DNA from: Candidatus Caldarchaeum sp.
GTDB taxonomy: Archaea > Thermoproteota > Nitrososphaeria_A > Caldarchaeales > Caldarchaeaceae
Reading direction: 5' to 3'
Assembly: GCA_038885755.1 (NCBI GenBank)
Contig: JAVZZH010000001.1
Coordinates: 64,001-128,000, forward strand
DNA: 64,000 bases
A program made the position numbers and the translations under genes. Under the pieces are notes generated by a model. The model was not told the DNA's origin. It made no database searches and saw nothing but the letters and a program-made list of their open reading frames with translations. Below, piece after piece: positions 37,029 through 45,751 of the stretch; position 1 is the first letter of the stretch, and every line of letters begins with the position of its first letter.

Positions 37029-38343
37029 GCCTGAACCTGTCCCTCGGAAACAGAATTACTTCCCTTATGTTGGTTATGCGTGTAAGCACCATCATCAACC
37101 TCTCAAACCCAAGCCCCCACCCCGCGTGGACGGGCATACCGTACTCAAACACCTTGAGATGGTCCTCGAACTGCTTCGGGTCCAAGCCTTTCTGAACAAG
37201 CCTATCCCTCAGAACGCTTTGCTGGTGTACACGAGTCCCTCCAGACGCTAGCTCGAGCCACTGATACATCAAGTCGAAAGACTCCGAGATGGATGGGTTA
37301 GTGGCTGACGGCTGTATGTAGAAAGGCTTGGTCTCGGTGGGGAAGCCTGTTATGAAGTAGTAGCCGTGGAAGTGTTTTGCGAGAGCTCTGAGATGCGGTG
37401 TGCTGAAATCCTCGCCCCACTCAACCTTTACACCATCATTTTCGAGAATCTTTACCGCTTCGTCGTAGCTCAGCCTCGTGAAAGGAGTTTTAGGAACCTT
37501 TAGAGAAACACCCAACACGTTAAGCTCTCTCTGGTGCTCGTTCAGCAAACGCTCGTAGACATGAACAACAGCTTTTTCAAGAACGCTCATGACGTCCTCC
37601 ATGTCGGCGAAAGCCTGCTCGATGTCAACCGACGTAAACTCGCTCACATGTCTCCTAGTGTGGGACTCCTCCGCCCTGAAGAACGGCCCTATCTCAAACA
37701 CTTTCTCGAAAACAGTAGTCAGCTGCTCTTTGTACAGCTGGGGACTTTGAGCAAGGTATGCAGTCCTGTCAAAGTACTTTACTTCGAAAAGCTCGGCTCC
37801 TCCCTCCGTAGCCGAAGCTATAATCTTCGGAGTTCTCACCTCTATGTATCCATTCTCATAGAAGAACTCCCGAAGCACTTTAAGCACCGCGCTCCCAAGG
37901 ATAAAGATCGACTTGATTTTTTGCCTGCGTAGGTCGAGTATTCTGTGCTTTAGCCTCACGTCTATGCTGGCTGGGACCTTCTCAGTCGGGTCGTATTCAA
38001 GCCTACTCGCGGCCTTCGACAAGACCTCGATCGTCTCGCCGACAACCTCCACCCCTCTCCTAGACTTCGGCTGACGAGCCACGTAGCCGTGGACAAAGAC
38101 AACCGATTCATTGGACAGCCCGTCAAGCTCCTGTGCTACCTTGCCGTCAAGCCCGTCTCGCCTGAACACTATTTGACAATCGCCTGACACGTCTCTCAAG
38201 ACTATGAACACAAGCTTGCCCAAGTCGCGGACTTCATGAACCCATCCGAAGAGGTTTACATGCTTTCCGTCGAGAGACTCGCTTATCTCCGCCGCATGGA
38301 CTCTCTTCGAAAACTCCTTCTTCAGCCTCTCGTCTAACAACAT
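37018..38343 (-). CDS. aspS: Aspartyl-tRNA synthetase (archaeal type)
   Basis: GWVHEVRDLG, LAQSPQLYK, FRAEES, HAGWGLGFER, FPRD. Confidence 0.97.
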   Translation of the reverse strand: MLLDERLKKEFSKRVHAAEISESLDGKHVNLFGWVHEVRDLGKLVFIVLRDVSGDCQIVFRRDGLDGKVAQELDGLSNESVVFVHGYVARQPKSRRGVEVVGETIEVLSKAASRLEYDPTEKVPASIDVRLKHRILDLRRQKIKSIFILGSAVLKVLREFFYENGYIEVRTPKIIASATEGGAELFEVKYFDRTAYLAQSPQLYKEQLTTVFEKVFEIGPFFRAEESHTRRHVSEFTSVDIEQAFADMEDVMSVLEKAVVHVYERLLNEHQRELNVLGVSLKVPKTPFTRLSYDEAVKILENDGVKVEWGEDFSTPHLRALAKHFHGYYFITGFPTETKPFYIQPSATNPSISESFDLMYQWLELASGGTRVHQQSVLRDRLVQKGLDPKQFEDHLKVFEYGMPVHAGWGLGFERLMMVLTRITNIREVILFPRDRFRLTP

Positions 38344-38346
38344 TCA

Positions 38347-38883
38347 TCACCTAAATGTTGACGGCCTCCTTCTCTGAGGCTCGAAGCTTACGTCAACGCC
38401 TTTAAACTCTTTCACAAAACGCGAGAGGATGGTCGGAGGGGCTCGGAGCTTCCTCTCTTCATCCACGACAGCCTTCATCTCAACCGACTGGTCTGGGAGC
38501 CACGTCTTGTTGACGGCTAGAAGCCGGGCCGGGCTCACAAGGCTTTGGAGGAACTTGTTGAAGTCCTTGAACCCCTCAACCACCTCAGCCTTCAGCTTGA
38601 ACCTCTCCGACAACTCCTGTCTAACCTGGGCGAGAATCTCCTGCCCTAGGCTTGAGGTGCTCCGCTCGCCGAAGACGACAAAAATATAGTCGTTGACCCT
38701 GACGCTCTTCAAGTAGGTCAGCGACGAAAGCGGCTGGATTTTCTTCTCCAACTCCAGAAGAAAACGCATCACATCAAAATCTAGGGGTGAGAGCTCGCCC
38801 CGGCTCAGCTTTTCCTCGCATCTCGAGCAGAGAATACCGGTCCTCAGGTCGAACGTACAAACCGGAAACTCCAACGCATGCAC
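38347..38883 (-). CDS. NusA-like protein (archaeal NusA2) with N-terminal Zn finger
   Basis: PVC.FD..TGILC.RC and L.SPAR...VN..WLPD; typical alba/aspS neighbourhood. Confidence 0.8.
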   Translation of the reverse strand: MHALEFPVCTFDLRTGILCSRCEEKLSRGELSPLDFDVMRFLLELEKKIQPLSSLTYLKSVRVNDYIFVVFGERSTSSLGQEILAQVRQELSERFKLKAEVVEGFKDFNKFLQSLVSPARLLAVNKTWLPDQSVEMKAVVDEERKLRAPPTILSRFVKEFKGVDVSFEPQRRRPSTFR

Positions 38884-38904
38884 CTAGAGGCTGCCATGCA
38901 GCTG

Positions 38905-39186
38905 TCAGCCTTGTCCAATAACTATTTCTATTGTGCTTACGTTCAGAGTCCGGTTCTGCTCGTCAGTTATCTGCTCCGTCCCAAGCCTGATGTCCTTGAT
39001 GGTCACGTTTGAGATGAACCTGTTCTTGACTATCTGCACGACGTCGACTGCTCTGCTAATAGCTCTTCCACGGGCCTTCACGATGATGTCGCTGGACCCT
39101 GTCTGGAAACCTGTCAAGCAGGCCAGGACGTAGCTCATCACCGGCTTCTTACCCACCAGAACCGTAGGCGTTATCTGCTTCGACAC
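38905..39186 (-). CDS. albA: Chromatin protein Alba
   Basis: [29 protein letters not shown]. Confidence 0.97.
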   Translation of the reverse strand: MSKQITPTVLVGKKPVMSYVLACLTGFQTGSSDIIVKARGRAISRAVDVVQIVKNRFISNVTIKDIRLGTEQITDEQNRTLNVSTIEIVIGQG

Positions 39187-39297
39187 CCATCATCACCTTT
39201 ACTAATCAGCAAATAAGGTCAATGACGTGCAATAAATAGGTTTCTAGGGCAACCAGCAACACCCAACGATAACATATAAATTCGGTCGAGGGACAGA

Positions 39298-39471
39298 ATG
39301 CCGTCGAAAATGCCGATAAGAGACCCGGCCTTACTCCAGCTGGCTCAGCGTCGAAGACTGCTGGTAAAGATATGCAGGGAATGTGGCGCACGGAACTCTA
39401 GGACAGCCGTGAAATGCAGAAAGTGCCGCAGCTACAACCTTAGGTGGAAGAGGAGGGAGATTAAGAGGTAG
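39298..39471 (+). CDS. rpl40e: 50S ribosomal protein L40e (not in ORF track; alternative start 39310)
   Basis: MPIRDP..KICRECGARNSRTAVKCRKCRSYNLRWKRRE; TATA ATATAAA at about 39274. Confidence 0.95.
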   Translation: MPSKMPIRDPALLQLAQRRRLLVKICRECGARNSRTAVKCRKCRSYNLRWKRREIKR

Positions 39472-39544
39472 GGCCGGTGGTCTAGCCTGGTAGGACGCTG
39501 CTCTTACGAAGCAGAGGTCGGCGGTTCAAGTCCGCCCCGGCCCA
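39471..39544 (+). tRNA. tRNA-Val(TAC), intronless, CCA not encoded
   Basis: Acceptor GGGCCGG/CCGGCCC, anticodon arm CTGCT-CT TAC GA-AGCAG, T arm GGCGG-TTCAAGT-CCGCC. Confidence 0.97.
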
Positions 39545-39671
39545 CATACTACATAAACAATGACTTAGGATGGTATGATGGGATTGTTTGGCCGGCGGCG
39601 TCAGCAGACCTCTCTTGGTAGGTTATTGCTCCAGCCTCTGCTGGTTGTGAAGCCTGCATGGTTGTAGAATG

Positions 39672-39990
39672 TCAGCCGGCGACTGGCGGGAACGTGGAGA
39701 CGGTAAACACCTCATGGTATGATTTTCGAGGCCGTCGTCTCCGCCATACGTATCCAGCAACAACGCCTATAACATACGCAGGCTCCTTAGACGGTTTCAG
39801 AAACCCTGAAGGTATCCTTACACCGTTGAGCGGGCTGTGAAGCCCTCCAGCCCGGTGGCTGATGTGTGATTTCCACAACCCTACACCATGCTTCTCCCTT
39901 CAACGATTCTGCTGTAGGACAGCCCCCGGGCTTCTAAGCCTCCCAACTTCCTCGTAGAACCTAACCCTCAGCTCCCTCGGCAGTAATTGC
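39672..39990 (-). pseudogene. Frameshifted remnant of an HTH + LAGLIDADG homing endonuclease
   Basis: Across three frames: LPRELRVRFYEEVGRLR / GLSYSRIVE / REKHGVGLWKSHISH..HSP.NG.RIPS..LKPSKEPAYVIGVVAGYV (DG of the motif missing). Confidence 0.7.
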
Positions 39991-40139
39991 CTAACTCTCC
40001 CGAGAGGCTTATAAACCTCTTTACAGAGCTGTTGTCGCTGTTTCTCTTCCAACCTCTCCACAACCACCGTCATAATGTTGCTGGGTTTAATCATAGCCGT
40101 AGCCATAACCTCGCCTAGCGGGAACAGCGCTGTATTAGT

Positions 40140-40264
40140 CGCGGTTGCCAGGAAAGCCACCGACTTCAGCGTGGCCTGAGGGCCGTAGATTGTGTTAGTT
40201 TTCCCGCGGCCCATTCTCCGCCCAGAAGCCTGTCCAGCGCTTCCACCGCTGTCGGAATCCGCAG
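40140..40264 (-). pseudogene. Frameshifted fragment of a RecA-superfamily (RadB/KaiC-like) ATPase N-terminus
   Basis: RIPTAVEALDRLLGGEWAAGKLT, frameshift, then IYGPQATLKS (decayed Walker A). Confidence 0.6.
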
Positions 40265-40419
40265 AGATAACGCTGCTCTCCTCCGTTGCAAGCCTCCTGC
40301 TCTCATCCGCCGGCCTTGCTTTGCTATTCTACAGGCTTGGAGAAAAAATTTCTGAAGCCGATAGAGTCCGGCTGGCCAGCGTTATGGTTTAAAGTTAGTC
40401 TTGGACGACTACTCAGGGG

Positions 40420-41310
40420 TTGTCGGGTCTGGAATGTCTGTTCAGGGCGGGTGAAGTGGCTAGGGCTGTGAAGGCCTCTCTGCCGGGGTTGGTAAGCCCC
40501 GGCATGCGCCTAGTCGACCTCGCGGAGAAGGTGGAGGGCCTCATCAGGGAGAGGGGCTGCAGGCCTGCCTTCCCGTGCAACATCTCCATAGACGGCGTCG
40601 CGGCCCACTACTCTCCGCCACCCGGAGACCTCTCAACGCTTCCCCGAAATTCGGTGGTGAAGCTTGACTTCGGCGTCGTGGTCGACGGCTACATAGCGGA
40701 CACGGCTTTAACGATAACAGACACGTCTTGGGGAGAGGTGTTGAAGCAAGCCGTCGAGGAGTCGTTGAAGGCTGCTCTGAAAGTCGTCGAGGCCGGGGTG
40801 AGGGTTTCGGAGGTGGGGGCAGCTGTTTACAGCACTCTGATGAAATACGGCGTCAAGCCCATCAGAAACCTTACAGGTCACGAGATACAGCGCTACAACC
40901 TTCACGCTGGAGTCTCAATACCCAACATCCCCGTAGGCGACGGAGCTAAGCTTCAGGAAGGGCATGTCTACGCGATAGAGCCGTTCGCAACCCTGCCCGA
41001 CGGAGCCGGCGAGGTGACAGACAAACATCCCGCAACGATCTACAGGCTGGAGCCCGTCAGACCAAGGCAGAAGCTCGCTGAAGCAGAGCAGGCTCTGGTT
41101 AAAACCATCGAGGAAAGGTTTGAAGGTCTTCCCTACAGCCTTAGATGGCTGAAGGACATGGGGGATGAAGCCCTAGGCCTTCATCAGAAGCTCGTCAAGC
41201 AAGGCGGGGTAAAAGCCTACCCCATGCTCGTCGAGAAAACCGGGAAGCCGGTGGCCCAGGCCGAGCACACGGTCTTGGTTGAGAAGGGGGGATGCGTCGT
41301 AATCACTTAG
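40420..41310 (+). CDS. map: Methionine aminopeptidase type II
   Basis: AFPCNIS..AAHYSP, DFG..DG.IADTA, NLTGH, AIEPF, AQAEHT. Confidence 0.97.
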   Translation: MSGLECLFRAGEVARAVKASLPGLVSPGMRLVDLAEKVEGLIRERGCRPAFPCNISIDGVAAHYSPPPGDLSTLPRNSVVKLDFGVVVDGYIADTALTITDTSWGEVLKQAVEESLKAALKVVEAGVRVSEVGAAVYSTLMKYGVKPIRNLTGHEIQRYNLHAGVSIPNIPVGDGAKLQEGHVYAIEPFATLPDGAGEVTDKHPATIYRLEPVRPRQKLAEAEQALVKTIEERFEGLPYSLRWLKDMGDEALGLHQKLVKQGGVKAYPMLVEKTGKPVAQAEHTVLVEKGGCVVIT

Positions 41311-41524
41311 GCTCCTTCCTGTCGGGCACGTAGATGTTCACGATCCTGCTGACGGAGCCGCCGCATTTAGGGCATTTCTCCGAGTTGACTACCTTGAAGA
41401 CGTAGTCCTCCTCCCTGAAAGGCCTCGAGTTCTCTGTGCCGCACGTCGAGCACTTGAGGAAGGTGAGGGGCTGTGGGTATTTCTCACGCTGCCTCGGGCC
41501 GAAAACCAGCGCCGGCTCGGACAT
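41303..41524 (-). CDS. Small Zn-ribbon protein
   Basis: CSTCG..RPF..DYVFK..CPKCG. Confidence 0.8.
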   Translation of the reverse strand: MSEPALVFGPRQREKYPQPLTFLKCSTCGTENSRPFREEDYVFKVVNSEKCPKCGGSVSRIVNIYVPDRKEPK

Positions 41525-42670
41525 TCAGCCTCCAACCCCCACCGTGTTCCCTATCCCGGCGACCACAGCGATCTCACCGCCCTCAACCTTCTCGAGAATA
41601 AGCTTCTTGACACGGGCCAGGACAACGTCTGCAGCCTTCGCTATCGACTCCTTCATCGGCGTGATGGCCTCCGTGATCGACTCAAACACCACGAATGCGT
41701 AGAGCGGTATGTTCCTGCTCTTAGCCAGCTCCTCTATCTTGTATTTGTCGACGCCGGGTCCGCCGATCGCGACACCAACCCCTTCGGCGACCTTGCCGCT
41801 CTCCTCTCCCTCGAGCTTGAGGGCCGCGTCGATTGTTATGATGATCTTCGGGTTGCTGGGAAGCTTCTCTACAAGCTGCTTCACAGCTTCACCCGGCCTG
41901 CCTACGGTTCCCCCCGGTCCGGCTGCCCTGATAACGTAAACCTTCCTGCCCTCCAGCTCAATCTCCTGAACGATGGTGTCCTTGGCTATCTCGTACCTTG
42001 TCTTCTCAAGCCCGTCAGCCAGCTTCGCAGCCACCAGCACGCCTACTCCATCGCCGATAGGCTGTCCCTTGCTGAAAGCCACGGCAGCTTGCCTGTAGGA
42101 CTCGGCGATCTCGATGAGCATGGGGATGACCATCTGGATCTGGAGCACCATGTAGATGTTCGAAGTCTTCCTGCCGAGCAAGTAGTAGTGTCTGACGACA
42201 CGGTAAAGCGTGTTTATTCCCCTCAGTATCTCCACGAGGTTTGTGAGCGTCTTGAGCTGGGTCTCGGTGGCGTGAGGCGCTATGGCAGCAACCTCCTTCT
42301 CATAAGTCGTCTCACCCGTCTCCAAAATGTGCTCCAGCTTGAAAACCAAGCCGTACGGGTCCATCGACTCAGGCTGTATGAGGAAGAACTCGCTCAGCCT
42401 CTCCAGCTCTTTGGAGGGGTCTGAGTCTGGCTTTCCAACCCGTTTGATGGTGTCGACGGCGACTTGGTTTATCTCGTCTCTAATCAGCTTTAGTCTCTGC
42501 AGCTTGCGCTCCAAGTCCCTCAGCATGTACGACAGCTGCATCCTCTGCCCGAGCGAGGGGTAAAGGAAGAAGATCATCAGGAAGGCTATCCAGACGAGCG
42601 ACAGTAGGAACGACAGCAGGTTATCGCTTCCTGCAGCGGGGTTGAGCAACGCAACGAAAGACACAGCCAT
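41525..42670 (-). CDS. DUF1512 family membrane protein
   Basis: N-terminal TM helix, PIGDGVG, GPGG.VG.PG, IDAALKLEGE, GIGNTVG. Confidence 0.88.
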   Translation of the reverse strand: MAVSFVALLNPAAGSDNLLSFLLSLVWIAFLMIFFLYPSLGQRMQLSYMLRDLERKLQRLKLIRDEINQVAVDTIKRVGKPDSDPSKELERLSEFFLIQPESMDPYGLVFKLEHILETGETTYEKEVAAIAPHATETQLKTLTNLVEILRGINTLYRVVRHYYLLGRKTSNIYMVLQIQMVIPMLIEIAESYRQAAVAFSKGQPIGDGVGVLVAAKLADGLEKTRYEIAKDTIVQEIELEGRKVYVIRAAGPGGTVGRPGEAVKQLVEKLPSNPKIIITIDAALKLEGEESGKVAEGVGVAIGGPGVDKYKIEELAKSRNIPLYAFVVFESITEAITPMKESIAKAADVVLARVKKLILEKVEGGEIAVVAGIGNTVGVGG

Positions 42671-42695
42671 TTTTCCAGCAAATAGAAAAAACTGT

Positions 42696-44489
42696 TTATT
42701 TATAAGTTTGCCTAGGTTTCCTATAACTTTTCACGCCAACCTTCACAGCCTTCCTCTGCATCTCCACGACGGCCGAGGCCAGAAGGCTTGATATCTCGTC
42801 TATTCGGCTCAAACAAGTCTTTAAAAGCTCCTTGTAAAGGCTCAAGCTCTTTTCCAAGCTTTCCGACAGCCCGGCCTCGCCCCTCTCTATCTTCTCCATG
42901 TAATCCTCGACCATCCTCCGGGTCTCCGGCGAGACGAGGCGGTTGTCGGCGGCTGACAGGGCCTCTATCAGCTTCATTCCAAGCGGCGTGGGACGTAGCT
43001 GTCTCCCGTTCTTCGCGGCATAGTTTCTCTCCACTATGAGCTGTGGGTAGATTGCTCTCGTTGCGTCGGTGCCTATGCCATGCTTCTCCATAAGCCTGAG
43101 AAGCTCGGCCTCCGTCAGCCGCGGCGGCGGCTTCGTCTGGTCCTCGACGAGCTCTGTCTTGATGACCCGTAGGACCTGGCCTTTCTCCAACCGCGGGAGT
43201 GGTTTGTCAGCTGGCTTGAAGTAGCTGAAGTAGGTGTAGAACCCGGGCTTGACGATAGACGAGCCCTCCGCGCTGAAGCCTATCCTGCCAAGCCTCACAA
43301 CGGCTTTCTGCTGAAGCTGGGTAGCGTCCTCGGCGTAGGAGTTGGCGTAAAACCTTCTAGCCACGTATTCCCAGACCTTCATCTTCAAACCGCCTCCCCT
43401 GAATGCTGCAGTAGGATAGATTGGAGGATGCGCCCCGTCGTCCCTGACCCCGTTCCGGGCCCTCGGCTCGGCTGAGCCCGCCACCTCCTTCAAGACTCCC
43501 GACTCCTCGACAGCCCTCTTTGATGCTTCAAAGTCGAAGGAAGGCCTGTACTTGTTTGTGTCGGTTCTCGGGTAGCTGATGTACCCCTCCGAGTAAAGCT
43601 CCTCCATCACGGAAAGCAGCTTGCTGGCGCTCACTCCCGTTATCCTGTTCAACTCCCTCAAGGCGTCGTCGGTCCTGATGGGTAGGGGCCGCTGCAGCGT
43701 CTTCTCGGCCTCGACGTAATCCTCCACGAAACCCTGCTTGAGGCCGGCGACCTCTTGATAGGCCTGCACGGCTTGAGCCTCCTCCCAGAAGACGTCGCTT
43801 GACGCTGTAAAACTGCTGCCTTCACCCGTCTCAAGCACCGCCTTGACGACCCAGTACTTCCTCGGCTTGAAGGACATGATCTCTCGCTCTCTTTCGACGA
43901 CGAAGTTGAGCGTCGGCGTCTGGCACGACCCCCAGCTAACCAGCCTAACTCGGGCCTTTTTCCTAGTCGACTCAGTCAGAAGCCTCGTGAACGCCGCTCC
44001 AGTTATGAGGTCGAAGACCTGCCTGAACCTTGCTTTGTCAACCCACCGCCAGTTGAGGCCATTCTCAAGTTTTCTCAAGCTGGCTAACAGTTCACGTCTC
44101 TCAAGCGAGTTGAACCGCATCCTTAGGCATGAAGCGTCTTCGCCGCGCAGTCTACGATAGACCTTGAGTATTTCAAGCCCTATCAACTCACCCTCCGAAT
44201 CGTTGTCGGTAGCCACCACGAGAACCCCGCCTTCCTTGAAAACCCTGACCAGGTAATCGAAGGTCTTGCCGTCCGAAACCCTGTCCAACACATGCCTCAG
44301 GTCCATTATCTCCAAAGGATGCTTCAACCCCCATTCATAACCCTCAGGCAGGTCGGCCTCCATAAGATGGCCTCTGACGGAGGCGACAGCTGCGTTAACC
44401 CGAGCCGCTTCGACGACGCCTCTGATCGCCTTCGCCACGCTGGCCTTCTCAGCCACGATTATGTATCTTTCAGCGTTCATCCTCCCCAA
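42696..44489 (-). CDS. topA: Type IA DNA topoisomerase without C-terminal Zn ribbons
   Basis: TOPRIM AEK and ATDNDSEGE, catalytic GYISYPRTD, AHPPIYP, GIGTDATR. Confidence 0.95.
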   Translation of the reverse strand: MGRMNAERYIIVAEKASVAKAIRGVVEAARVNAAVASVRGHLMEADLPEGYEWGLKHPLEIMDLRHVLDRVSDGKTFDYLVRVFKEGGVLVVATDNDSEGELIGLEILKVYRRLRGEDASCLRMRFNSLERRELLASLRKLENGLNWRWVDKARFRQVFDLITGAAFTRLLTESTRKKARVRLVSWGSCQTPTLNFVVEREREIMSFKPRKYWVVKAVLETGEGSSFTASSDVFWEEAQAVQAYQEVAGLKQGFVEDYVEAEKTLQRPLPIRTDDALRELNRITGVSASKLLSVMEELYSEGYISYPRTDTNKYRPSFDFEASKRAVEESGVLKEVAGSAEPRARNGVRDDGAHPPIYPTAAFRGGGLKMKVWEYVARRFYANSYAEDATQLQQKAVVRLGRIGFSAEGSSIVKPGFYTYFSYFKPADKPLPRLEKGQVLRVIKTELVEDQTKPPPRLTEAELLRLMEKHGIGTDATRAIYPQLIVERNYAAKNGRQLRPTPLGMKLIEALSAADNRLVSPETRRMVEDYMEKIERGEAGLSESLEKSLSLYKELLKTCLSRIDEISSLLASAVVEMQRKAVKVGVKSYRKPRQTYK

Positions 44490-44994
44490 CCATTCCGAGT
44501 AGACGCTTCAAAGCCATGTCCCTCCTGTACTCGCCCAACGTCTGGACGGCCACTATCTTCTTGCCCGTCGGCAGGTCGGCCACGTGAACCACTCCCCGGC
44601 TGTTCAAAAGCTTCTCAGCCTTCTTGACAACGTTGCTGGACAAGGCTGGAGCCGAGATGTACTTGTTGGCGGCAACGCCGGTGATTATAGCCTGTCGGTC
44701 ATCACCCATCTTGACGAACGCGAGCTCCAAGCTATCGACCTCCACCGCCCTGGCAGGCTGCAACTCCTTCGAAGCACTCATGTCCTGCAGCTGGTAAGAA
44801 TCCTCCGTCTTGACGGCGTTTCCTTGAATGGAGGAGCCTACGAACAACCATCCGGGAGGATGCCTCACCTTGACCATGTACTCCTCTCCCGAGACTGTTG
44901 AAACCGTCAAAGTATACGCCACGCCCTCCTTGACAGGCCTCGCAGCTATGTTCGACACATAGCCGACCAGCTGCTTGACACTTGCCCCCGACAT
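44470..44994 (-). CDS. Hypothetical beta-rich protein, possible OB fold
   Basis: 174 aa; overlaps topA start by 20 nt; LVGYVSNI..YTLTV pattern. Confidence 0.65.
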   Translation of the reverse strand: MSGASVKQLVGYVSNIAARPVKEGVAYTLTVSTVSGEEYMVKVRHPPGWLFVGSSIQGNAVKTEDSYQLQDMSASKELQPARAVEVDSLELAFVKMGDDRQAIITGVAANKYISAPALSSNVVKKAEKLLNSRGVVHVADLPTGKKIVAVQTLGEYRRDMALKRLLGMVGEDER

Positions 44995-45441
44995 CCAGCC
45001 CCCAGAACATCAAACACACGTATTTAGGGCATATCCAGCCCAGCAACCTTCAGCATTCATGTAGATGAAAACCGCGTGCATGCTTTCGGCTCGGCAAAAA
45101 ATGTTTATAAAGGCTGCTGGGCCCCGGTCTGGTTTTAAAGCCACTAGGGAGGGCTGATGGCTCCGATTAAACGTTGCGGGTTTTGGAATCAGAAAGCCGC
45201 GGGAGGATATGAAACTACATCGCTCCGGGTTAGACCTGCTTCGTGCCATGAGAGCTGAGACGCATCCAGCTTCTTACCTGCAGCTGGACGGGATGAACCA
45301 TCCATCGGCCATGCTTCCGCTGAAAGGAGGACGAGGAACAAGACTTCAAGCTGGTCTGGGTAAAGCGCTTCCACTCGTTGGCCGTCGTGACGTGTTTCTT
45401 TCCCTAAAGATAAATAAAGGCTAGCGATTGTTAATTTCTGC

Positions 45442-45515
45442 GCCCCGGTAGCGCAGGCTGGGAGCGCGTCCGGCTGAAGACCGGAGTGTCGGCGGTTCAA
45501 GTCCGCCCCGGGGCA
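45442..45515 (+). tRNA. tRNA-Phe(GAA), intronless, CCA not encoded
   Basis: Acceptor GCCCCGG/CCGGGGC, anticodon arm TCCGG-CT GAA GA-CCGGA, TTCAAGT loop; ATAAATAA promoter near 45410. Confidence 0.97.
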
Positions 45516-45751
45516 TGGGATATTGGTTTAGTCGTTTTTCTAATGTTGGGCGTTTACTCATTTTAAAATACGCTGTCATGCATCCGGGACAATATCCAAC
45601 TGCTATGGTCTCCACAGCTGTGTGAGGCTTAGAGAGGCTCCTGTCTTTCACCACATCTCCGCCTGAGCAACGACCAGTGGTTCTCCATTCCTCTCTTGTG
45701 CGTGTGCGACCATTAGGTGCGTTGCCACTATTGACTGGAAGAGGTTTCTGT

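Noticed and set aside
39517-45511. Identical 24-nt direct repeat GTCGGCGGTTCAAGTCCGCCCCGG at 39517-39540 and 45488-45511, resembling attL/attR
   Set aside because: Both copies are T-arms of complete, different tRNAs, and the enclosed genes (map, DUF1512, topA) are core genes
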